Shown here in pieces: positions 1 to 12,571 of a stretch of DNA of 49,885 nt. The stretch lies in the NCBI GenBank assembly GCA_020629675.1, contig JAHDCW010000001.1:1-49885 (forward strand). Direction: 5' to 3'. Source of the stretch: Minisyncoccota bacterium (GTDB taxonomy: Bacteria > Patescibacteriota > Minisyncoccia > Moranbacterales > GCA-2747515). Below the pieces are notes generated by a model. The model had not been told where the DNA came from and made no database searches. It saw only the letters and a program-made list of their open reading frames with translations. The position numbers and the translations under genes are program-made. How positions within the stretch are numbered: the first letter of the stretch is position 1; each line of letters opens with the position of its first letter.

Positions 1-1
1 T

Positions 2-3000
2 GTTACTATCTGTGAGCTTGATGGTTACGTTTGCAATAGGATCTTCATTTGCATCCTGGACACCATCTTGGTTTGTGTCATACCAGACATAGTCTCCGAT
101 GGAGCCGAGGGTTGATTCCGTAAAGCCAAAGTCCATTTGATGACGATTTGACCCAACATTTCCCATTGTAACATCAGCTATCGCATCAGTGCCGCTCAAC
201 ACACCATCTGAATCTATCGCATTATCACCATCGGCATTTACATCTTCTTGCGTAAGATCATAGTCCACCAACTCTGCCTGTGTTGTATCAATACTTACCG
301 TGTAGTCTGTATTTGGCGTTAGTGCGACATTGACATTTGCATCAGTAGCGCCCCCAAAGTAATAATGACCATTAGCATCTGTCGTAGCTGTTCCGATAAT
401 TGCACCCGTGTCATCGAGAAGCTCAACTACAACATTAGGTATAGCTGCCTCACCAGCATCCTGTATACCATCCTCATCAACATCTAGCCACACACGGTTT
501 CCGATCTCAATCGGTGCTGCAGCACATAAATATTCCACATCACTTAATCCGCTAGCTTTTCCAGATTCGGGAAACGTACCTCTATAAATCTGATACCACT
601 GGGTAATGTCACCTGTGCTTGTGTCGTACCACTGGAAACCACCACTCTGACGATACAAGCTTTGCACAACACGATCCACTGGATCAATCGGTTCATTTGT
701 TACAGCAACAAGACGTCCAGATCCACGTTTAATCGCGAAACCACCCTCCATATTAGTCAATATACCATCCCCTGCAGAGTCATTATAAAATTCATTTGTT
801 CCATTCGGCGTCCATGTATCTGCATAGGGAGCAGAACAACCATTTGTACCAGAGAGATCATAGCCGCCTACATCATTTTTACAGAACCGTACAATATCAC
901 CATGGCCTTGAAATTCCCACAAATTAGTACTTCCGGTATCTGGACTGTAGTTGTTGGTACCTCCCTGATGTCCCTCACGATCCAAAAGGCCAATAATCAA
1001 GTCACCATCGTCTTCAAATTCGATATCAGCCAAAATTGGCTGTCGTTGTTGTGCTACAAAACCACCAAATGTGGCGAAACTACTCCAATCATCCTCCCAT
1101 GATTGCCATGCAAAATACCCCGTATAGTTCGTAAATGTCGGTACATTTGCAATCTCAGTAAAACCTGAAGCTACGTCATTTGGATCAAATGCAAGCACGT
1201 GCGCTGAAAGATCTCCACTTCCACCACCAGAAGCATCACATACTGCACCTAGATAACCTTGTCCATCATGGAACTTAATTGCCCATGGTCGTAACTCACC
1301 ATTTGTACATACTGTAACACCAGGCAAGCTCATAATGTCGTAGCTATTCACATCCCCAAGAACACTAAAGTCATCATCGCTTACATCTACTAATATTAAT
1401 GTTCTCTGGTAGAGGTTTGTAAGCCAAAGCCGATCTTCACCCTCCTCCATGTCGATGTCTCCATAACTCATCTTACCCACCTTACCAAATGCATCAGGAT
1501 CATGGTTTGGAGTATTAGCATCTGATAGCTCTCCACCACAACTCGCATCCCTACAGACTGATCCCAGATCAATAGCAGCACCTCCATTAGCCGGTGTCAC
1601 CCCCTGTAGGTCAAAACCACCTGCAAGATTCGCAACACCGCCCGAATAATCATACACAAAAACATATCCAGGGCCATTTATCATACTAGAATGCCTTTTG
1701 AGAAAAGATGAATTATACATCCTTTGCTGCGACACTTGCCACGCATAGCCCCATGTTGTCCCGACATCACCGATTGTTGAAACTTCTGTGTATGGATTGG
1801 GCGTGTACCCCGCTTGGTCTGACTGAAAAGTTGCATTTGCCACACCAGTCATATCATCCGCAAAGAGAACAGTACCCGTCATACCACTTCCTGCTGATTC
1901 ACCATTTAAGTAACACGTCGCCATCAAATTTGGATTTGTACCACAATAATCAGCTGGATTAATAACACCAAAGTCTACATCACAGGTATCGTTGTTAGTG
2001 ATAAAGCGGACAGAAGAATCTACAATTGTTCCTGACTGTGCTGGTTGAAGATAACTTGGGAGATCTGTCATTTCTACACGGACGTCTGTGCCGTTGGGGA
2101 CAGAGAGGACGTATTCTCCATCTGTATTTGTTGTGGTGGTATCGATTTGTGTATTTGATGCATCATAGGCAGAGATTGTGATTCCTTCTACGGTAACCTC
2201 TCCGGTATCTAGAGATCCATTAGAGTTAAAGTCTCTAAAGACAGTTCCTCCTAGTTGGCCGCCGGAGCAGGATCCCACAGGAACATCAACAGTAGAAAAA
2301 GTAATGTCATCAATAGCCTGGGAGCTTCTAAATGCATCTGAAATTTCACCGGTTGTTATATCAGTTATACCAACACCCCATCGTAGCGACCGCACCTGCG
2401 TACCTCCAAAATCAACCATCGCACCCTGGTCATTAGTAACACTGCCAACAAGAGTAAGGGTGTCTCCGGCAAATTCAACAGCTGGGAGGGTGGCGTCATA
2501 GTCATTTGTTGGTGGTGATGTGAAAGAAGAAGCTGCAGACGTACCGCCTGGAATTGCAATTTTATTTCCCGTTCCATTTGGACCGTCAAAAATCTCAAAG
2601 GTAGCCTCTTCCTGCGTATTGCTATTATTGTACCTTTGAATTCGTACAGAACTAATATTATGCATCTCCACTGGCTCAGAGAATGTCAAAGTAACATAAT
2701 TCCATTCAGGTGCACCCGTTGTATCATCATTGACCCATCGTAGAGCATCATCCCATGGCGCTCCCCAAGGATTACCCACATAGACATCTGGTGCATCAGT
2801 GCTGACACTCGCTGCATCAAAGCGACCGTCAAACTCTACAGTAAGACCAACTCCTGAGCCATTTACATCAGCAATTGTCTGAATGGCCTGATTCGGCTGA
2901 CCTGAAGCAGCATCTGAACCTCCGATGAAACCGCTGCCAGTGTTCCATGTGGGATCATTAAAGTCAACGACAAAATCACCCATTGCATCAACATGCCCCA

Positions 3001-3070
3001 CAGAAAAAAACATAATGAGTATAGCAGTTGCCGGAGTAAACAACTTTTTTTTGTACCTTGATAGATGCAT
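2..3070 (-). CDS. Secreted surface repeat protein, N-terminal 1023 codons only (3' end lies beyond the left window edge); SdrD-B/Cna-B-like Ca-binding units
   Basis: Absent from the ORF track because it has no in-window stop. Manual minus-strand translation from ATG 3070-3068 gives MHLSRYKKKLFTPATAILIMFFSVGHVDA/MGDFVVDFNDPTWN (signal-peptide-like). The same frame is open where I checked: 520-411 reads AAPIEIGNRVWLDVDEDGIQDAGEAAIPNVVVELLDD and 58-2 reads QDANEDPIANVTIKLTDSN. 3070 to 2 is exactly 1023 codons. Confidence 0.8.
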   Translation of the reverse strand, partial: MHLSRYKKKLFTPATAILIMFFSVGHVDAMGDFVVDFNDPTWNTGSGFIGGSDAASGQPNQAIQTIADVNGSGVGLTVEFDGRFDAASVSTDAPDVYVGNPWGAPWDDALRWVNDDTTGAPEWNYVTLTFSEPVEMHNISSVRIQRYNNSNTQEEATFEIFDGPNGTGNKIAIPGGTSAASSFTSPPTNDYDATLPAVEFAGDTLTLVGSVTNDQGAMVDFGGTQVRSLRWGVGITDITTGEISDAFRSSQAIDDITFSTVDVPVGSCSGGQLGGTVFRDFNSNGSLDTGEVTVEGITISAYDASNTQIDTTTTNTDGEYVLSVPNGTDVRVEMTDLPSYLQPAQSGTIVDSSVRFITNNDTCDVDFGVINPADYCGTNPNLMATCYLNGESAGSGMTGTVLFADDMTGVANATFQSDQAGYTPNPYTEVSTIGDVGTTWGYAWQVSQQRMYNSSFLKRHSSMINGPGYVFVYDYSGGVANLAGGFDLQGVTPANGGAAIDLGSVCRDASCGGELSDANTPNHDPDAFGKVGKMSYGDIDMEEGEDRLWLTNLYQRTLILVDVSDDDFSVLGDVNSYDIMSLPGVTVCTNGELRPWAIKFHDGQGYLGAVCDASGGGSGDLSAHVLAFDPNDVASGFTEIANVPTFTNYTGYFAWQSWEDDWSSFATFGGFVAQQRQPILADIEFEDDGDLIIGLLDREGHQGGTNNYSPDTGSTNLWEFQGHGDIVRFCKNDVGGYDLSGTNGCSAPYADTWTPNGTNEFYNDSAGDGILTNMEGGFAIKRGSGRLVAVTNEPIDPVDRVVQSLYRQSGGFQWYDTSTGDITQWYQIYRGTFPESGKASGLSDVEYLCAAAPIEIGNRVWLDVDEDGIQDAGEAAIPNVVVELLDDTGAIIGTATTDANGHYYFGGATDANVNVALTPNTDYTVSIDTTQAELVDYDLTQEDVNADGDNAIDSDGVLSGTDAIADVTMGNVGSNRHQMDFGFTESTLGSIGDYVWYDTNQDGVQDANEDPIANVTIKLTDSN

Positions 3071-3292
3071 TTTTTTTGTCTCAATATTTTATGTATAAGT
3101 TATACACCAGCAACATCCCTTCATTGATACAGTTATCCACACGCTCAGATTTTGCCATAATTTTATGCATGTTTAGATTAATTGATAAATAGATAAAACC
3201 CCCAGAATGCATTGGTGCAAAGGAGGGGGTGTGGCGATAAATTTTTAATATAAAAAGACCCGTAAAGTAAAAGGATCGCAACTCCAGAACCC

Positions 3293-4012
3293 CTAAGAGC
3301 TCATACCGATTACTGTAAGCATCGCGCTATGTGAATCTCCTCGATGTCGGCGCGCAGAAAAGTACCTCTCATCCGCAAAGGTGCACTCACCACAGTACTT
3401 CATGTTTTTGATTGGCACGCCTGCACTCTCTACTTGATCCATAAGGATTGCCTGTAAATCAATAAAAATTTTGTCGAGACTGCTTCCACGTTCGATATAT
3501 TTATCCTGTGAATACTGACCAAACTCCTGAATCATCTCCGCATAGTGAAATTCAAAATTAGCCTGTGAAATCCCCGGGCCGAGCTCTATAAAAATATTCT
3601 CAGGCTGTGAACCCTGACTTTTCATTGCATCAATCACCTTGATGATAATCTCTTTAACTGTGCCACGCCAGCCTGCATGCGCCACGCCGACGATACGCTC
3701 CACATCATCATAAAATAACACCGGAAAACAATCTGCCACCGTCAAGCCGAGAAAAACACCTGGCTCCGTAGCGATAAGCGCGTCCACACCTGTAATTACA
3801 TGTGGACTCTCAGAAGTGACGTGTAATACATCCGGACCATGCGCGACCTGCGCGTAGTGAAAATTCTCATACGCTATGCCATTTTTCTCAAGAAAAGTGA
3901 TTTGATTTTGCTTTGATTGTTCTGAGTCCTCACTGCGGAGTTTCATATTACCGTCCCCCGCGAGAGACAGATGAGCCCGGACATGATCGTGATTGGTAAA
4001 AAAAGAAAGCAT
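3293..4012 (-). CDS. pgeF: YfiH/PgeF (DUF152, laccase-domain) family purine nucleoside phosphorylase-like protein
   Basis: Family motifs VGVAHAGWRGT and the C-terminal CGECTFADERYFSARRH. 239 aa, ATG start. Confidence 0.75.
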   Translation of the reverse strand: MLSFFTNHDHVRAHLSLAGDGNMKLRSEDSEQSKQNQITFLEKNGIAYENFHYAQVAHGPDVLHVTSESPHVITGVDALIATEPGVFLGLTVADCFPVLFYDDVERIVGVAHAGWRGTVKEIIIKVIDAMKSQGSQPENIFIELGPGISQANFEFHYAEMIQEFGQYSQDKYIERGSSLDKIFIDLQAILMDQVESAGVPIKNMKYCGECTFADERYFSARRHRGDSHSAMLTVIGMSS

Positions 4013-4030
4013 GACGTGATAGTTAGATTT

Positions 4031-7020
<2,990 letters not shown>

Positions 7021-7067
7021 AAGGCAAATCGATAATTATTTGTTGTTTCTATTTTATCACAGTTCTC

Positions 7068-7781
7068 TTACCGCATAATCCAAAGATAAAGGTCTTTGAC
7101 GAGTCGCTCCAGTTCACGCACATCTTTATGGGAAAGGCGCAACTTGTGGACATGCGCAAAAGACTGGGTATAGATGAGGCGTAGCGCCTTAAGCGCATTA
7201 TGGCTCATAACTTGCGCCTCAGGACGCGAGCGTGCGCTGAGAGCGTTGATCACCCCACCCCCTGCAGGTAAAAAGTAGAGCACATCATCCACAGACAATG
7301 CCTCCCCACTCAACGCGCACCGATCAAGCACCATCTCATACCCTAAGTGCTTATAGAGTCGCACTAAAAAAGCGATACATAAAAAATGTGCTTGCACGTC
7401 ATCATCAACACCATCAAGATACCCGAGAAGCGTAAGAAGTAAATCATAGACCGCTTCATCTTTTTGCTCATCATGGATCACATGCAGGAACTGCGACCGT
7501 ACAGATGAGAGCAATAGCAAACATCCTAGTCGTTCACGTAACCCCGTGTGTGATGAAGTGGTAAATGCACCCGTGAGCACATCTAGCCCGCGCCCTGCCA
7601 CGACCTCCACTTCGGACACGACAAAGTCTTCCACATGTGCAGCCAGCTTGGCCTGTGGCCTCCGCACGCCACGCGCCTTGACTCTGATGAGACCTCGCTC
7701 ACGCGCATAGAGCACATAGATACGATCCAACTCACCCACATCATATTTTGTTAGCGCGATCGCTTGGTAATTCTGTTTCAT
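7068..7781 (-). CDS. recO: DNA repair protein RecO
   Basis: N-terminal OB-fold signature MKQNYQAIALTKYDVGELDRIYVLYARERGLIRVKARGVRR and a C-terminal region DRCALSGE...YFLPAGGGVI. The start is moved from the track's TTG (7823) to ATG 7781 because a terminator hairpin and an extended -10 box lie inside the TTG extension. Confidence 0.8.
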   Translation of the reverse strand: MKQNYQAIALTKYDVGELDRIYVLYARERGLIRVKARGVRRPQAKLAAHVEDFVVSEVEVVAGRGLDVLTGAFTTSSHTGLRERLGCLLLLSSVRSQFLHVIHDEQKDEAVYDLLLTLLGYLDGVDDDVQAHFLCIAFLVRLYKHLGYEMVLDRCALSGEALSVDDVLYFLPAGGGVINALSARSRPEAQVMSHNALKALRLIYTQSFAHVHKLRLSHKDVRELERLVKDLYLWIMR

Positions 7782-7787
7782 GGAGAC

Positions 7788-7796
7788 ATTATAGCA
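7788..7796 (-). promoter_or_regulatory. Extended -10 promoter placed for a leaderless recO transcript
   Basis: The minus strand reads TGCTATAAT-GTCTCC-ATG, so there are 6 nt between the -10 box and ATG 7781. Confidence 0.45.
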
Positions 7797-7810
7797 AAAT
7801 GATAAATTAT

Positions 7811-7841
7811 CATTAAAAAACAAGGTGCGCGCGACGCACCC
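7811..7841 (-). terminator. Rho-independent terminator after the 7852-8370 gene
   Basis: GGUGCG (7824-7829) pairs with CGCACC (7835-7840) around a 5-nt loop, followed on the minus strand by UUGUUUUUU. Confidence 0.65.
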
Positions 7842-7851
7842 TGTTTCACAC

Positions 7852-8370
7852 CTAACCTCGATGCTTATTGATCGACGTTACTTTTTCTCTGTCTGCAGCA
7901 CCCCTTAAGACTTTCAGCTCAGCAGTAGGGATAACTTCAACTCGATAACAGGACAAGTAATCACCCTGTGTCTTTCTCTTCTCCATAATAAGCTTGTGCC
8001 TACACAGTACATCGAGTATCCGCTCTATTTGACGGCCTGGGATCTCACACCCTGATGCGTGATGTAATCTTTCAACCAATTCATCCTTTATTATGACGTG
8101 ATTAGACTCTTTCATAATCCGATCCATCCGCTCAAAGATGAGCGTAGCCTCAGATTTAGTAATTTCTGCATAATATGCACACTCAGATAAAAAACCACCA
8201 CTCACCGCTTTCGACTTTTCTATTTCTTCACACAACCTAACGCTGACATCGTGATACTTACCAGCAAGACGCAGCCACGCGACACCCAAGCTTACTGTAA
8301 TCAGAAAAAATACAATTACAAATATCACCAAGAAAAGATTTTCTGATGCATAGCTAACTAAAGAACTCAT
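7852..8370 (-). CDS. Hypothetical single-pass membrane protein
   Basis: The ORF's ATG at 8370 (MSSLVSYASENLFLVIFVIVFFLITV = TM) is preceded by AAGGGG 7-8 nt upstream. The track's TTG at 8418 lies within the predicted promoter. Confidence 0.5.
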   Translation of the reverse strand: MSSLVSYASENLFLVIFVIVFFLITVSLGVAWLRLAGKYHDVSVRLCEEIEKSKAVSGGFLSECAYYAEITKSEATLIFERMDRIMKESNHVIIKDELVERLHHASGCEIPGRQIERILDVLCRHKLIMEKRKTQGDYLSCYRVEVIPTAELKVLRGAADREKVTSINKHRG

Positions 8371-8396
8371 AATTTTCCCCTTGTTTGAGTACTGGA

Positions 8397-8425
8397 AATA
8401 TGACACATCACTACTCAAGTGTCAA
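8397..8425 (-). promoter_or_regulatory. Sigma70-type promoter of the 7852-8370 gene
   Basis: TTGACA (8425-8420), 17-nt spacer, CATATT (8402-8397). Confidence 0.5.
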
Positions 8426-8472
8426 ATTAAAGATACTGACAATTATAAATAAAAAATTAGAGCAACCGCAAA

Positions 8473-8508
8473 AGAGTCTGCACGTATTTACGGCAGGCTC
8501 TTTTTTTA
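8473..8508. terminator. Hairpin downstream of ileS (possible terminator)
   Basis: A 9-bp stem pairs 8473-8481 with 8493-8501. On the minus strand it has one C.A mismatch and only four U. On the plus strand it has a G.U pair and seven U. Confidence 0.4.
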
Positions 8509-8525
8509 TTTCCTATGAATATGAT

Positions 8526-11462
8526 CTATTTTTTGAGAGAGAAACTAAATGTCATATCTCCGATCTGCACCTCACTCTCACTGTAATCCGCATCTGATAT
8601 ATCCCCCTGCCGCACTTCACGCGCGAGTACCTCATGTGCAATGAGATCGCCATACATAGAAAATACATCTTCACCCCCGACATACCCTAGAGTGATCCGA
8701 TCATCGATTTTAAAGTCGGCCTTCTTACGTGCTTGCTGGATCACACGGATAATATCACGCGCTTGCCCTTCACGCATTAACTCTTCGCTGATCTCCGTGT
8801 CGATCACTACTTTTTCTCCAAAGTGGATTTCCTTAACATTAAGCTCTTCCTCTGCAATTACCGCGAGTTCTCTTGGTACTTCTGGAATAGTTGCACTCTG
8901 CAGCGGCTGGCGGACCTTGATCTTAGCCTGTGCTCGCAGTGAGAGCCCCTCCGTGATCGCATCACGGACCTGTTGCATCTGCGCAAGCAACTCCTCATCA
9001 ACCGTACCAGCCTCAGGCCAATCAGTGAGATGTACCGATTCTTCTCCTGTGAGATTAGTATAGAGCTCCTCTGCCAAAAAAGGTGTAAACGGCGCAAAAA
9101 CCTTGGCCATCTGCACGAGGACATAATGCAACGTCCGGTACGCTTGCTCCTTGTCAGTATCACTCTCGCTCTTCCAAAAACGTTTACGTGAGCGGCGCAC
9201 ATACCAGTTTGACGCATCATCGAGAAGCTCCAAAAGTGGTCGCGTCGCAGTCGGGATATCATAACGTTGCATATTCTCATCCACCTCTGCGATCACCTGA
9301 TGAACGCGACTTAAAATCCATTGATCAAGGATATTATCACTGGACGCATAAGGATCAGTGATCTCCGCTGGTGACTCCCAGCCATCTACTGCAGCATACA
9401 TCACAAAAAAGTCATACATATTCCAGATCATACTTAGTTTGCGTTGGACATCCTGTGTGTTTTTATCAAGTAGCACATAATCTTCACCGCTAAGGAGATT
9501 GGAGGAGAGCATCACAAAACGGTACGCATCCGCACTGTACTTATCCATAGCCTCATTGGGATCTGTGTAATTCTGGCGCGATTTGGAGAGCTTGTAACCA
9601 TCATCACCCATAACATTACCTGTGACAATTACATTTTTAAATGAGTTCACACCAAAGAGTGCCACGCTAACGGTATGCATGTAGTAAAACCACGCTCGTA
9701 CCTGCCCCACATACTCGACGATGAAATCACCAGGAAAATTCTTTTCAAATTTTTCTTTGTTTTCAAATGGATAGTGAAACTGTGCAAATGGCATCGACCC
9801 TGACTCAAACCAACAATCCAAGACTTTTTCAACGCGTCTGTATGTAAGCCCATCTTTTACGATCTCAATATCATCCACCCATGGACGGTGATAATCTTCC
9901 AGCCTCTTTCCAGAAAGTTCCTCAAGCTCATCATAAGAACCGACGACAATCTGCTTCTTTTCTCCTGATTCAGCAACCGCCTCCCACACCGGAAAGGGTG
10001 TCGCCCAAAAACGATCTCGCGATAGGTTCCAGTCAGGTGCCTGCTCAATTGTCTTTTGAAATCGCCCTTCTTTGATATGCCCTGGAAACCAATTAATATT
10101 TTTGTTTTCCTCGAGCATCTGATCTTTTTGCCCTTTGACATCCATAAACCAACTAGGATGCGCGCGGTAAATCAGCTTTGTATCACAACGATGGCAGTGT
10201 GGGTAGCTATGCTTAATATGAGATATGCGCCAGATCGGGGCCGTTGGATCTTTCTCAGGATTTTCTTTCCAAAAAGAAATTCTTTCCTCAACTGATTTGT
10301 GAGCATAATCCCCCATCAGAGTCTCCGTACTAAATTGCGCCATGTCCTTGGCGATTTGCTTATTGATATCCCACACATACTGCCCTTTCCATGGACCTTC
10401 GGCGTAGTGACCACTCTCATCGAGTGTATGCACAGCAGGAAAACCTTTCTCCATCGCCAACTCATAATCCTCCTCACCGTAGACAGGCGCTAAATGCACG
10501 ATACCAGTCCCCTCTTCTGTGCCGACATAATCAGCTGCCCACACTCGGTGCGCACCATCACCTCGATCTGTAAAGAGTGGCTCATAAGACTTCCCTACGA
10601 GCTCATCCCCTTTGAATTCTTTGACCACCTCATAATGAAGAGGCTTATTTTTAGCATCTACGAGCGCAGCCTCTAATAGGTCTTTCGCCAAAATAAGCGA
10701 TTGACCTTCTACCAAAACCTCGACGTAATCAATATCCTCATGCACTGCCACTGCTGTATTTGAGAGTAGCGTCCACGGTGTCGTTGTCCAGGCGAGGAGA
10801 TGGCGATCCTCTCCCACCATTTTAAATTTCACATAAACAGATGGATCAGTTACATCCTGATAAGCACCCTTGTCCATGGTTACCTCATTTTTAGAAAGCG
10901 GCGTCGCATCATGCGGACAGTACATAAGCACCTTTTCACCTTCGTAAATTTTTCCTTTGCTATAAAGCTCCTTAAACGCCCACCAAATACTCTCCATGTA
11001 CTCCTTGTCCATGGTTTTGTACGCATTTTTAAAATCCACCCAACGACCGATCCGATCTACCGTATCCTCCCACGCCTCACCAGTAGCTACCATGTTCTCA
11101 CGTGCAGCTGTAATGTACTTCTCAAGACCATACGCAAGCACTTCATCCTTACCATTGAGACCCAACTTTTTTTCTGTAAAAGTCTCTGCCGGTAAACCAT
11201 GACAATCCCATCCCCAACGTCGCTCTACGCGTTTTCCTTTCATCGTCCAGTACCGTGGTACCGCATCTTTTACAGTCGAGCTGATAAGCGTCCCAGCATG
11301 AGGCTGCCCCGTGATAAAAGGAGGACCATCATAAAAAACATATGCATCATTCTCATCGCGCAAGGCAACAGATTTCTCAAATGTTTTGTCTTCTTTCCAC
11401 TTCTTTGCCCAGTCTTTTTCGTAGTCAATTGCTTTTTTTCGCTTCTTTTCGACAAATTTCAT
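8526..11462 (-). CDS. ileS: Isoleucyl-tRNA synthetase
   Basis: 978 aa. PPFITGQPHAGTL (HIGH-type), GWDCHGLPAE (IleRS-typical) and YKLSKSRQ (KMSKS-type). The start overlaps the upstream stop by ATGA (11459-11462). Confidence 0.9.
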   Translation of the reverse strand: MKFVEKKRKKAIDYEKDWAKKWKEDKTFEKSVALRDENDAYVFYDGPPFITGQPHAGTLISSTVKDAVPRYWTMKGKRVERRWGWDCHGLPAETFTEKKLGLNGKDEVLAYGLEKYITAARENMVATGEAWEDTVDRIGRWVDFKNAYKTMDKEYMESIWWAFKELYSKGKIYEGEKVLMYCPHDATPLSKNEVTMDKGAYQDVTDPSVYVKFKMVGEDRHLLAWTTTPWTLLSNTAVAVHEDIDYVEVLVEGQSLILAKDLLEAALVDAKNKPLHYEVVKEFKGDELVGKSYEPLFTDRGDGAHRVWAADYVGTEEGTGIVHLAPVYGEEDYELAMEKGFPAVHTLDESGHYAEGPWKGQYVWDINKQIAKDMAQFSTETLMGDYAHKSVEERISFWKENPEKDPTAPIWRISHIKHSYPHCHRCDTKLIYRAHPSWFMDVKGQKDQMLEENKNINWFPGHIKEGRFQKTIEQAPDWNLSRDRFWATPFPVWEAVAESGEKKQIVVGSYDELEELSGKRLEDYHRPWVDDIEIVKDGLTYRRVEKVLDCWFESGSMPFAQFHYPFENKEKFEKNFPGDFIVEYVGQVRAWFYYMHTVSVALFGVNSFKNVIVTGNVMGDDGYKLSKSRQNYTDPNEAMDKYSADAYRFVMLSSNLLSGEDYVLLDKNTQDVQRKLSMIWNMYDFFVMYAAVDGWESPAEITDPYASSDNILDQWILSRVHQVIAEVDENMQRYDIPTATRPLLELLDDASNWYVRRSRKRFWKSESDTDKEQAYRTLHYVLVQMAKVFAPFTPFLAEELYTNLTGEESVHLTDWPEAGTVDEELLAQMQQVRDAITEGLSLRAQAKIKVRQPLQSATIPEVPRELAVIAEEELNVKEIHFGEKVVIDTEISEELMREGQARDIIRVIQQARKKADFKIDDRITLGYVGGEDVFSMYGDLIAHEVLAREVRQGDISDADYSESEVQIGDMTFSFSLKK

Positions 11463-12007
11463 ATATTTTTTGTTAATTGGTAACTGTAAAGACTTTCATG
11501 ATCCTCAAAAGAATAGTCTTCTATGATCCTATATAGTGGTAACCCCTTATATTCATGGCACATCTCCAGAAAAAGCTCTCTTTTGCCGACAAGGCTTCTC
11601 TTCTCAGCATCCCACCGACTCTCGTCATGATACACCCTAAAATGCTCGAGGTTGTCACAGAGGTCTGCCGCTTTGACATTGACAGAACCCTCACCTGCCG
11701 CAGCAATCTCCTCAAAATATACCCCCGTACCGCTCTCATCACCCCGCATCTCATCCGACATCGTATTCACCTCCACCATTTCAGCCACATAAATGCCAAA
11801 TTCACTTTCGATTTCCTCATACGTGACATCAGCATCCTCGATAAGATCGTGACAGTAACCCGCAATAACGACATCTTCATCACCTACCACGCGATACAGA
11901 ATCTCCGCCACACGCATAGAGTGAAGTGCCACTGGCTTGGTAAGATCGAGATCCTTCGTTTTGTCTGTGAGGAAATAGAGCGCTTGTTGTAATTGCCAAT
12001 GATCCAT
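11459..12007 (-). CDS. HD-domain protein, RelA/SpoT-type (p)ppGpp-hydrolase-like (small alarmone hydrolase-like)
   Basis: HSMRVAEIL...VIAGYCHDLIEDADVTYEEIESEFGIYVAEMVEVNT matches the H...HD..ED...FG pattern of the SpoT hydrolase domain. 182 aa. Confidence 0.65.
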   Translation of the reverse strand: MDHWQLQQALYFLTDKTKDLDLTKPVALHSMRVAEILYRVVGDEDVVIAGYCHDLIEDADVTYEEIESEFGIYVAEMVEVNTMSDEMRGDESGTGVYFEEIAAAGEGSVNVKAADLCDNLEHFRVYHDESRWDAEKRSLVGKRELFLEMCHEYKGLPLYRIIEDYSFEDHESLYSYQLTKNI

Positions 12008-12010
12008 AAA

Positions 12011-12571
12011 CTAAAAAACTTCAACCCAACCGACAGACGGATTCACCCCCTCATCCTGGTCTGCATTCTCCACTGTTCCATACCTACACAAAGAAGCCTC
12101 TTCAACCTCATACAGCATATCACCCTGCTCAGAACTAAATTCTATACTTACAACAGAGCCATCCTGATTATAAGAAACCGTCTGTTCATTTGACTCCGCA
12201 GACTCGGAACCCTCCTCCTCAGACTGTTCTAAATATTTTTTTCTAATCAGGTATTTCCCTCCATCAATATCCATATTCTCACTCACCTCAAAATAGACCT
12301 CCTCTTCACCTGTAACCCAAGACTCGCCAATCAACTTGCCACTGTCAGAATCATAGTTATAATACACGGCAACTTCATCCCCATTATCCATAACCCACAC
12401 TTTTTCACTGGGCTTACCTGAAATTATTTGAGGAGCATTGTAATAGTTCTCCTGATCAGGTGTAATTAACTCAAAAAAGCTTCGCGGTGCATGACCCACC
12501 GCTTCATAAACTTTTTCTATTTCTGCATACTTTCCCACCTCTTCCTTCCTTTCTTTTGCTTGCTCAAACAT
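12011..12571 (-). CDS. Hypothetical acidic protein (first gene of the T-box-controlled operon)
   Basis: I use the ORF's ATG at 12571 (MFEQAKERKEE...). The track's ATG at 12604 sits in the loop of the T-box terminator hairpin. Confidence 0.5.
   Translation of the reverse strand: MFEQAKERKEEVGKYAEIEKVYEAVGHAPRSFFELITPDQENYYNAPQIISGKPSEKVWVMDNGDEVAVYYNYDSDSGKLIGESWVTGEEEVYFEVSENMDIDGGKYLIRKKYLEQSEEEGSESAESNEQTVSYNQDGSVVSIEFSSEQGDMLYEVEEASLCRYGTVENADQDEGVNPSVGWVEVF

Noticed and set aside
1-3084. The ORF track shows no long ORF over 3 kb of coding-looking sequence. That raised the possibility of stop-codon reassignment, a pseudogene or a non-coding region.
   Set aside because: Standard-code translation of the minus strand from ATG 3070 is open to the window edge in every segment I checked. 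The ORF is missing only because its stop lies outside the window.
7782-7823. The ORF track gives N-terminal extensions from alternative or upstream starts: 7823, 8418, 12604, 16029, 29848, 44484, 45671 and 49876.
   Set aside because: Each extension overlaps a terminator hairpin, a promoter box or the upstream gene. Each also precedes an internal ATG that begins the recognisable domain or TM segment. I used the internal starts.
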